A stretch of DNA of 32,000 nt, taken from contig NZ_LT934425.1 in the NCBI RefSeq assembly GCF_900232105.1, positions 1,350,001 to 1,382,000 on the forward strand, in the 5' to 3' direction. Positions 8,981-16,954 of the stretch are shown in pieces (the stretch's first letter is position 1; each line of letters starts with the position of its first letter). The notes beneath the pieces are model-generated. The model searched no databases. It saw only the letters and a program-made list of their open reading frames with translations, and had not been told where the DNA came from. A program made the position numbers and the translations under genes. Source of the DNA: Candidatus Kuenenia stuttgartensis (lineage in GTDB: Bacteria > Planctomycetota > Brocadiia > Brocadiales > Brocadiaceae).

Positions 8981-11206
8981 TTATAATGCCTTTTCTATTT
9001 TTATAATATCGCAAACTATCTCGTTTTCCGGAAGTTGGATAGTGACCGTCTCACCTGTTTTTTTATTCAACAAGCCTTTTCCGATTGGCGACAGATAAGA
9101 GATAATATTTTTGTCAATATCAGCATCCCAAGGGCCCAGCAGTGTATACGTTTCCGTGGTTTCTTTGTCCTTGTTTTTAATAGTTACTTTTGTGCCTGGC
9201 GAGACGATATTCGTTTTTACGGTATACGGCTCGATAAAAACTATCTTTTGCAAGTCAGCCTTCAATCGTTCCGCCTTTTCGATCAACTGTGCCTGTTTTT
9301 CACGCGCCGCCTGATATTCTGCGTTTTCTCTGAGATCACCGCGACTGATAGCCTCTCCAAGGTCGCGCGCATTTTCAGCAAATTGAATATTCATGATGTT
9401 GTCGAGTTCCTTCTTCTGCTTTTCGTATCCATGTTTTGTAACATAGATTTTATTTTCATCCAAGGTGAGTATTTCCGGCTTTTTAATCATCTCGGGAAAA
9501 CGGTCGCGAATAACGCTTTCAATGGAAATTTTAAACCAATCTTCAATACATTTACTGCCCGAAACTACATTATACATGCTGGCTGCATTGGATTCGGTCA
9601 AATGGTTTATGGCATGATCGGTTCCTTTTTCCTCTAACAGGCCTTTGATTTTATTAAATATCGATCGGATATTTCCGTCACGTCCCTTTTGCATTTTAAA
9701 GTAAATATTATTTATCAGTTCGATTAGTTGAATGAAAAGTGTTCCGGAATTAATATTCGCATAAAGATCCGGGAAACGTCCGTAAAAATTGTTTCTGCAG
9801 AACCAGAAATAGTGTTCCGGGTATGCATTAAACTGTGAAAATATTTTTTGCGAAACACTATTTAATGAATCCTGCTTGTTCTCATTAATAAGTTCCTTAA
9901 TTATAAACTCCCAAAGATGGCTATTTTGGTCAAAAAATAAGCTGGCAAATTCATTTTGCCAATGTTCCGGGTATATTTTTTTGATTCTGTGAAGAACATG
10001 TTTTTTATACTCTAATATGCATATGTTACCGATTAGTTTTGATAAATTGTCGGAGTTTTTTATAACGGTTTCAATCATATCCTTGTAATTTGCAGGGCAT
10101 TCGTTCAGCATAATTTGCACTTGTTCGGCAAGGAGAAGGCATTCAATAACGGCGGAAGGATGTGTGTCCTTTAATTTTTCAGCTTCTTGCGTAAAGAGTG
10201 ACTTGATTTTCTGTAAGATTTCTTTGCATTTTTCAGTATTCTTTCCTCCCTCGGCGAGGTATTTTCGGGCTGACTCGATTTCTTTGTAAATTTCCCCGGA
10301 TTGAGTGAGCGTATTAATAATTTCCTGATGCGGCGTCAATGGTTTTGTCCTGATTTCCAGAAGGGCAGTGGTTGGCGAGCCTTCGGTAAACTGGAGGTAC
10401 GGGTCTTTTAGTATCAGTTTTTTCGTCTTTGTCCACCATTTGCTCCATGCGGATGGCGGCAAGAGTCCTGCAAGGAGTTGTTCTTTTATATTGTTTAACG
10501 TAGCCTTGCCATGAAAATGTTTTAAGGTAAGCCTGATCAAACCCACAGGATCTTCATCAATCATTTTGTTCAAAATGTCTTTTTGGCAATACACCATTGC
10601 CCGCAAACTATCCTTTTCCAGTTTTTGTAAAATATCAGAAGCAATCTCTAAGGCAATTCCATGGTTGTTTTTCTTCTCAAAATCAATATAAATCTTCTCT
10701 CCCTCAGGATCAAAAGAAACTACTTTGCCAACTCCCCAACTCTTATGATATACGTAATCCCCTTGTTCAAACATAAAATACTTTTCCAGCATTTTGAGAG
10801 ATGCGGCAGTCTCCGGGGATGTTTCTATACTGGATTTACTAATGAATAGGCTTGCATAGGGTTTTTCTTTGTAGATATTGGCGTAACAAGCGGCAAATTT
10901 TGGAGCAAGTCCTTTTTCCTTCGGAAAATATTTCAATATATATTTCAAAACTTCCAATAGATCATTATACGCATTTTTCTCGTTATAGTAAGATTCCAAC
11001 ATAATGAGAAAATCATGTGCAAATTTCTTTTCCTGTCTTATAAGTAAATTGATAATATGCAAGAGCGGTTTTTTGTCATCAATTTCCGATTCTACAATGC
11101 CTAGCCATTGCTCTTCAAGTTTATCGTATTGCTCTGTATTAACTAAGTGTTCCAGCTCGGTATGCTCCATAATAGTATGATTTATCGCGGAAAGTTCATT
11201 GGACAT
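8981..11206 (-). CDS. Large protein with C-terminal GreA/GreB transcription elongation factor domain
   Basis: C-terminal ~160 aa are GreA-like (YVTKHGYEKQKKELDNI...ENARDLGEAISRGDLRENAEYQAAREKQAQLIEKAERLKADL...VSPGTKVTI...ISYLSPIGKGLLNKKTGETVTI). An internal YVYHKSWGVGKVVSFDPEGEKIYIDFEKK segment resembles a CarD/Tudor-like fold. Confidence 0.88.
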   Translation of the reverse strand: MSNELSAINHTIMEHTELEHLVNTEQYDKLEEQWLGIVESEIDDKKPLLHIINLLIRQEKKFAHDFLIMLESYYNEKNAYNDLLEVLKYILKYFPKEKGLAPKFAACYANIYKEKPYASLFISKSSIETSPETAASLKMLEKYFMFEQGDYVYHKSWGVGKVVSFDPEGEKIYIDFEKKNNHGIALEIASDILQKLEKDSLRAMVYCQKDILNKMIDEDPVGLIRLTLKHFHGKATLNNIKEQLLAGLLPPSAWSKWWTKTKKLILKDPYLQFTEGSPTTALLEIRTKPLTPHQEIINTLTQSGEIYKEIESARKYLAEGGKNTEKCKEILQKIKSLFTQEAEKLKDTHPSAVIECLLLAEQVQIMLNECPANYKDMIETVIKNSDNLSKLIGNICILEYKKHVLHRIKKIYPEHWQNEFASLFFDQNSHLWEFIIKELINENKQDSLNSVSQKIFSQFNAYPEHYFWFCRNNFYGRFPDLYANINSGTLFIQLIELINNIYFKMQKGRDGNIRSIFNKIKGLLEEKGTDHAINHLTESNAASMYNVVSGSKCIEDWFKISIESVIRDRFPEMIKKPEILTLDENKIYVTKHGYEKQKKELDNIMNIQFAENARDLGEAISRGDLRENAEYQAAREKQAQLIEKAERLKADLQKIVFIEPYTVKTNIVSPGTKVTIKNKDKETTETYTLLGPWDADIDKNIISYLSPIGKGLLNKKTGETVTIQLPENEIVCDIIKIEKAL

Positions 11207-11600
11207 TCTCGGTTCTCCTGGTTTACGGATTTTATTGTAAATACTCTACTTTAGTATTTCGGCAACTTTGTTTGCGACCACACCACGTGGCGGCGCGAGG
11301 CGTTTACTGATGTTGCATACCGGTAGAGCCTTATGTTTTCGGCGGCAAATGCTTCGCCCATGCAGAGAAACAGCTATTCATTTACGAAAAAACGTATCCC
11401 CCCGTTTTTCGCGGGAATGATGCTTTAGTGCTTTTCGGGTGAAAGTGCTATGTATAATAATATTGACAATAGACATTTAAATCAATATGTTATTTTTTCT
11501 GAAAGCAAAAAAATCCGTTGATTGCCGGTAAAATGGTTTCATTAGCAGGCATTAACGCAGGGATATGTTTTGCAAAATGTATTTATTAGAGGAGACGATT

Positions 11601-12929
11601 ATGAATACCGCAGAATCATTAAGAAAAGATGCGTTGCAAATTTATTTTGCTGGTTTACATGCTGTCGAAGCCGATACATGCATACGAAAATACATGGCGG
11701 TAAAGGAGAATAGTCTAACTATTGGAGGAAAAACGTACGACCTTGGCAAATATAATAATATTTATCTTACAGGGTTTGGAAAGGTGAGCGGGTTTATGGC
11801 TGCGGCAGTGGAAAAACTGCTGGGGGATAAGATAAAAAAGGGCATTGTAAATGTTCGTTATGGTTATACTACACCTTGTAAATATGTCAAACTTAATCCC
11901 GCAGGACATCCTATTCCAGATTCTTCAGGCATTAATGGCACAAAAGAAATCATCGATATTGCAAAAGAGGCAAATGAAGATGACCTGGTGTTTTGTTTGA
12001 TTTCCGGCGGCGGATCAGCGCTGTTTGAATTGCCTTATGCAGGGATTTCCCTTGAAGAAATCAAGGAAATTACTGCTTCGTTATTGAAATGCGGCGCTAC
12101 TATTGATGAAATGAATGCCATCCGTAAACATCTTTCTCTTGTAAAGGGGGGACGTTTTGCAGGCTTGTGCAAGGCGGAGATGATATCTGTTATATTGTCA
12201 GATGTAATAAATGATCCTTTAGAAACGATCGCTTCCGGAGCGACCTCGCCGGACCCCAGTACTTTTCAGGACTGTGAATGGATATTGAACAAGTATAATT
12301 TACATCATAAGATTCCCGTTTCCATACAGCAACACATTCAAAACGGGATCCACGGCTACGTGGAAGAAACGCCGAAGCCCGGCGATAAAATATTTGACAG
12401 GGTAAGCAATATTATCATCGGCAATAATCGCACGGCACTGGCTGCGTCGAAGGAAAAAGGAGGACAACTGGGGTATAATACGCTTATTTTATCTTCCTGT
12501 ATAAAAGGCGAGGCCAGGGAAATAGCCAAGGTTTTTGGCGCAATTGCGCGGGAAATTCATGCTTCCGGCTGCCCTGCCGAGCGCCCTGCGTGTATTATCG
12601 CAGGCGGGGAGTCTACCGTAACAGTAAAAGGCAATGGTTTAGGCGGAAGGAGTCAGGAATTTTCCTTGTCTGCGGCAATAGAAATTGATGGATTAGCGGA
12701 TACCTTAATATTAAGCGCGGGAACGGATGGAATGGATGGCAACACTGAAGCCGCAGGGGCAATGGTAGATGGCACTACCATTATAAATGCAAAGAGTAAA
12801 AAATTACATCCGGAAAAATATCTTCTTAATAACGATTCATTCTCTTTTTTCAAAGAGACAAATGAGCTCATTGTTACGGGTCCTACGAAAACAAATGTGA
12901 TGGATGTTATGTTGCTGCTGGTTAAATAG
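11601..12929 (+). CDS. Glycerate kinase, MOFRL/GckA family (probable glycerate 2-kinase)
   Basis: VFCLISGGGSALFELPYAGISLEEI, AIRKHLSLVKGGRFA, VILSDVINDPLETIASGATSPDPSTF, GGESTVTVKGNGLGGRSQEFSLSAAI, SAGTDGMDGNTEAAGAMVD. The ORF opens at 11565, but 11601 has the better Shine-Dalgarno (GAGGAG). Confidence 0.93.
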   Translation: MNTAESLRKDALQIYFAGLHAVEADTCIRKYMAVKENSLTIGGKTYDLGKYNNIYLTGFGKVSGFMAAAVEKLLGDKIKKGIVNVRYGYTTPCKYVKLNPAGHPIPDSSGINGTKEIIDIAKEANEDDLVFCLISGGGSALFELPYAGISLEEIKEITASLLKCGATIDEMNAIRKHLSLVKGGRFAGLCKAEMISVILSDVINDPLETIASGATSPDPSTFQDCEWILNKYNLHHKIPVSIQQHIQNGIHGYVEETPKPGDKIFDRVSNIIIGNNRTALAASKEKGGQLGYNTLILSSCIKGEAREIAKVFGAIAREIHASGCPAERPACIIAGGESTVTVKGNGLGGRSQEFSLSAAIEIDGLADTLILSAGTDGMDGNTEAAGAMVDGTTIINAKSKKLHPEKYLLNNDSFSFFKETNELIVTGPTKTNVMDVMLLLVK

Positions 12930-13752
12930 TAAAGCAAGGATTTTCCATTTTTTGTAATAGTTCGGCCCATTCCACCTTACCCAATTATAACACTCATGGT
13001 TTAAATCAACCGTTTTCTGAAGCAACCAAAGATATCAAAAACACCATCCACACAATCTATAAAAGCTGTACATTTCCTATTATTAAATAGTTATGAAATA
13101 CTTTTTCCGACAAATATTTTTAGGCATGCTATGTGCGAATAACTTTACACATCTAAATTATTTATTATGAATACTTTGTTCATGGTGAATGTTTTTTGGA
13201 ACTAATAATACGCCGGGACCGGCTTAAAAATGTTTTAGTAAACCGTAATATTATTATTTTAATCGTAAAGCAGCATGTGTAGTCAAATGAATTGAATTTT
13301 AGAAAGGTAAGCACTCATACCGTGCTTAAAATTAAGAAATTTCGCAAGGGCAAGACTTTTCGAAAAAGGAAATTTTTTGGCTGTAATAAAGAAAATACCT
13401 GGCATTTTTGGCGGTCCCGGCCCAATTTAACCAAATTAGCCGGAAATGGTGCGTTTTTTTATTTCAATGTCGTGAAAGATTTGCGGAGCTAATATATGTG
13501 CTTTTATTCAGTTAAATTATATTGCACATTTACGGACTATTGTGTATGCCTTTTTTATTTAATTCCGACGGAATCTGTCAAAACCTTGCGGTAAATGGGG
13601 AGTTGCAAAAAGAGGGGCCGGAGTTGTGTTTTAAGGAAGCAAACCTTTTACCACGTACACGGTAATCTATATGCCTGGCAAATCTTTTTAAAAAAGCTAA
13701 ACTATTACGTTTTTTGAGAGATGAATAATTAGTACCTTAGCAGTAATTTCTT

Positions 13753-14080
13753 GTAACTATTCAGCGTAATCTATTAAACTACCGAAGCACAACTCGTTCT
13801 CAAACCTTGTACTGAACATAGTGAAGTATCTGATTGGGTACGTAATGGCACTGGAAACTACATTCGCGGGTTCAGGTTTGTAACCTGAACCAAACGTTTT
13901 ATACCTTCAATCCAGCTTTCTATTAGCAGAACAAATGACAAATAAATTCCAGATTCCAAACAGGGATTTCGGGATTTGGGCATTGGAATTTTACCGCAGT
14001 ACATGGCCCCATTATACGCATAAACTCATAGGTTCAGGCTTCGTCGTGAGCTCAAGCCGAACGGTTGCAAACCTGAACCC
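13753..14080 (-). repeat. Dispersed repeat family 1, copy B
   Basis: Outer arm GTAACTATTCAGCGTAATCTATTAAACTACC..., palindrome GGTTCAGGTTTGTAACCTGAACC (13869-13891), core with CATTGGAATTTTACCGCAGTACAT, and a closing degenerate palindrome ending ...GCAAACCTGAACCC. Confidence 0.88.
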
Positions 14081-14239
14081 GCCGGGATTGTTGTTGCAGG
14101 CGAGAATGTGGATAAGGTCGTAGATTGCATCAAAAAAGAGGCACAAACGGGCAGCATCGGCGGTGGGAAGATATTTATTTCCCCAATTGACGATATACAC
14201 CGTGTACGTACCGGAGAGAGCGACGAAGCGGCTATTTAG
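14081..14239 (+). pseudogene. C-terminal fragment of a P-II nitrogen regulatory protein (GlnB/GlnK family)
   Basis: Frame 2 reads AGIVVAGENVDKVVDCIKKEAQTGSIGGGKIFISPIDDIHRVRTGESDEAAI*, matching the P-II C-terminal signature (TGxIGxGKIFV...RIRTGExxxxAI). The T-loop and N-terminus are absent; repeat sequence lies immediately upstream. Confidence 0.88.
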
Positions 14240-14273
14240 CAACGGCTAGCATTTGATTTGTTGATTGTCGTAA

Positions 14274-14313
14274 AAAACAGGTGTTGAATATCTGAAGATT
14301 CAACACCTGTTTT
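14274..14313 (+). terminator. Rho-independent-like terminator downstream of the P-II remnant
   Basis: AAAACAGGTGTTGAA / TTCAACACCTGTTTT, 15-bp perfect arms with a 10-nt loop. Confidence 0.75.
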
Positions 14314-14358
14314 AATAGAGTCAAACAAATCGTAATAATTTGCAACACTTTAGTCTCC

Positions 14359-14664
14359 CGGCGGGTTCAGGTTTACAACCTGAACCAAACGTTTTATACT
14401 TTCAATCCCGCCTTCTATTAGCAGGACAAATGACAAATAAATCCCATATTCAAAACATGGGTTTTGTAATTTGAGCATTGGAATTTTACCGCAGTACATA
14501 GCCCCATTATCTGCATAAACCCATGGGTTCAGGTTGTAAACCTGAACCCGCGAATGCAGTTTCCAGTGCCATTACGTACCCAATCATATACTTCACTATG
14601 TTCAGTACAAGGTTTGAGAACGAGCTGTGCTTCAGTGGTTTAATAGATTACGCAGAATAGTTAC
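14359..14664 (+). repeat. Dispersed repeat family 1, copy C
   Basis: Palindromes GGTTCAGGTTTACAACCTGAACC and GGTTCAGGTTGTAAACCTGAACC flank a core shared with copy B; the right arm ...CGCGAATGCAGTTTCCAGTGCCATTACG...AGAATAGTTAC is the inverted counterpart of the arm at 13753. Confidence 0.88.
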
Positions 14665-14770
14665 ATTTTTTATACCAGAAAATGCTTTGTTTCCCCTATA
14701 ATACTCTCAATACATTGGATGTTTCTTATCAGGAAACTCAATAGAAATTACTGATTGTTTAAATCCCCTT

Positions 14771-16420
14771 ATGTTTACTTACAACAAAGACACCTTTCTT
14801 AATATTAACAAAATCATCTTCTCCAGCCTTGATATTCGTGAAGTTTATCAGACGATGAGCAATGAACTGTCAAAAATAATTGATTTTGACAGATTAACCA
14901 TCACACTTATAACCGAGGATAATAATTTATACGAAGCATTTGTGGTTCAATCAAAAACGCATGAAGATACCTACATCAAAGAAGGCGATTTGTACCCCAT
15001 GAAAGACAGCCTCATGGAAAAGGTAGTGCAATCCCGCAAACCCGTAATAGTGGACGATACCGCCAAAAGCCAATTTGCAACGGACGTCTTTTTGTTTAAG
15101 GAGGGCATTCGATCAAGACTTGGTTTTCCGCTTGTTTACAAAGGATGCATAATGAAACATCAAAAACTGTTTCATATCGATGAGAAAAAATATCCGATCG
15201 AATTCAAAGAACGCATAATAGGCAGCATAAATTTTGGCAGCAGGCAGAAGCAACATTATTCGAAAAAGCATGTGGATTTTGTGTCAAAAATTGCACCGCA
15301 ATTAGCCATGGCAATTGAAAATACACGGCTTTTTAACAGAATCAAGGATGCGGAAGAAAAATATAGAAATGTAGTCGAAAGTTCCCCTGACATTATTTTT
15401 GAATGCACAAGCGACGGCAAATTCTTTCTGATAAATCCTTCCGTAGAAAAAATACTGGGTTACTCCGTGCATTACTTCTATGATGCGGGCAGTTCCATAC
15501 TTTCTCTATGCCACGCGGATGACCAGGGGCAGGTGCAGCGCGAAATTCTTCAGTTATTTCATGGCGAGAAGAACTCCTTGATGGATTTTGAATTTAGAGT
15601 TGTCCACAAAAAAGGCAACATTGTATGGCTGTCTCTGGAAGCAATCCCCATCAAACAGGATAATAAAATAATTGGCATCGAAGGGTTTTGCCGGGATATT
15701 ACCGATAGGAAAAAACTGGATGAGTTGAAAAACAGTTTGATCCGTGACGTTACGCATGAACTAAAAACCCCTGTTGCCAAAATGGAAATGGCAATTGACA
15801 TGTATTGGCGTTCTTTTGCAATAGAAAGTGAATCTCCAGGGGAAAAAGAACTACATCTTTACAATCTTCTTCAAAACAATGTGAGCCGTTTGAAAAACAT
15901 TATCAGAAATGTGCTCGACATATCTAGGCTGGAATCGGGAGTAGAACGTTTAAATATATCCGATTTCACCTTCGTCGAATTGGTGGACCAGGTTATCCAC
16001 GAATTAAACCCTATCGCTATACAAAAAGACAATAAAATAACACATCAAATACCTCCCGCCATTATTTTGAAAGCCGACCGGGAAAAAATGTATTATTTAC
16101 TTGTTAATCTGGTCGGAAACGCAATAAAATTTACCAGTCATGGCCGGATCGATATATCGTTCATGATAACGCCCAACGGCTTTGAAGTGTCCGTAAAAGA
16201 TACAGGAAAGGGGCTGAACGAAGAAGCAATTAAGCATGCGTTTGACAAATTTTATAAGGAAACCCCTTCCATACCAGGGTCCGGAATAGGCCTTGCAATA
16301 AGCAAAAACATTGTCGAATTACATAATGGCTGTATTTGGGCTGAATCTGGCGGCAAAGGAAAAGGGGCAAAATTTACCTTCAGATTGCCCACATGCCATC
16401 TGATGAAACAATCAACTTAG
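14771..16420 (+). CDS. Sensor histidine kinase (GAF-PAS-HisKA-HATPase), no obvious transmembrane segment
   Basis: GAF-like N-terminus, PAS (EEKYRNVVESSPDIIFECTSDGKFFLINPSVEKILGY), H-box DVTHELKTPVAKMEM, N-box LLVNLVGNAIKF, G-boxes VKDTGKGL and GSGIGLAISKNIVELHNG. Confidence 0.96.
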   Translation: MFTYNKDTFLNINKIIFSSLDIREVYQTMSNELSKIIDFDRLTITLITEDNNLYEAFVVQSKTHEDTYIKEGDLYPMKDSLMEKVVQSRKPVIVDDTAKSQFATDVFLFKEGIRSRLGFPLVYKGCIMKHQKLFHIDEKKYPIEFKERIIGSINFGSRQKQHYSKKHVDFVSKIAPQLAMAIENTRLFNRIKDAEEKYRNVVESSPDIIFECTSDGKFFLINPSVEKILGYSVHYFYDAGSSILSLCHADDQGQVQREILQLFHGEKNSLMDFEFRVVHKKGNIVWLSLEAIPIKQDNKIIGIEGFCRDITDRKKLDELKNSLIRDVTHELKTPVAKMEMAIDMYWRSFAIESESPGEKELHLYNLLQNNVSRLKNIIRNVLDISRLESGVERLNISDFTFVELVDQVIHELNPIAIQKDNKITHQIPPAIILKADREKMYYLLVNLVGNAIKFTSHGRIDISFMITPNGFEVSVKDTGKGLNEEAIKHAFDKFYKETPSIPGSGIGLAISKNIVELHNGCIWAESGGKGKGAKFTFRLPTCHLMKQST

Positions 16421-16450
16421 TGGTTTATCGTTTTTAAAGGAAGGTACATT

Positions 16451-16807
16451 ATGAAAGATTTATTAATTGTAGAAGACGATCCTGAAATGCAGGAATTTTA
16501 CAGGGATATGTTGAAAGGCGAACAATTCTCGGTCACGTATGTTTCAGACGGAGAAGAAGGTCTCAAAGAAATGAAGGGTAAAAAATATGACTTGGTAATA
16601 CTGGATATTCTGATGGAAAATATTACAGGCGACAGGTTGTTTTCCTTGTTAAGGAAAGACAAACATTATAAAGAGGTACCCGTGATTATGGCGTCTTCAT
16701 TAGACAAACAAGCATATCAATGCTTCCAGGCGCTGGGGAAGGTATCATTCCTGGAAAAACCATTCACAAAAGAAATGTTGATAGCCGAGATAAACAAGTA
16801 TTTATAG
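16451..16807 (+). CDS. Single-domain (REC only) response regulator
   Basis: LLIVEDDPEMQEFYRDML...YDLVILDILMENITGDRLF...VPVIMASS...FLEKPFTKEML; 118 aa with no output domain. Confidence 0.95.
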   Translation: MKDLLIVEDDPEMQEFYRDMLKGEQFSVTYVSDGEEGLKEMKGKKYDLVILDILMENITGDRLFSLLRKDKHYKEVPVIMASSLDKQAYQCFQALGKVSFLEKPFTKEMLIAEINKYL

Positions 16808-16844
16808 CAAAAAGCCCTACTCCCGGGAAAATCCAAAACAGTCC

Positions 16845-16923
16845 TCAGTCGGCAATCCTCAATCCTCTGTCCTAAATCTTGCAATCTGCAATTTGCCAAC
16901 TGTAGACTGTAGATTGCCGACTG
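16845..16923. repeat. Small intergenic element with 12-bp perfect terminal inverted repeats
   Basis: CAGTCGGCAATC (16845-16856) ... GATTGCCGACTG (16912-16923). Confidence 0.7.
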
Positions 16924-16954
16924 CATAATGTACTAACGTGAAGGAGAAATTGCA

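Noticed and set aside
9035-9637. 200-aa plus-strand ORF opposite the GreA-domain gene
   Set aside because: Antisense to a well-supported coding region and no recognisable motifs.
13292-13492. Lys/Arg/Phe-rich 66-aa ORF (KKFRKGKTFRKRKFFG)
   Set aside because: No family resemblance, composition driven by A-rich sequence in a region of decayed genes and repeats; insufficient support.
13935-14242. ORFs 13935-14123 (+) and 14012-14242 (-)
   Set aside because: They span repeat copy B and read across the P-II remnant in the wrong frame or strand.
13000-14770. Possible transposase or integrase associated with the inverted repeats
   Set aside because: No DDE, tyrosine or serine recombinase motifs found in any listed frame; only a P-II remnant is recognisable.
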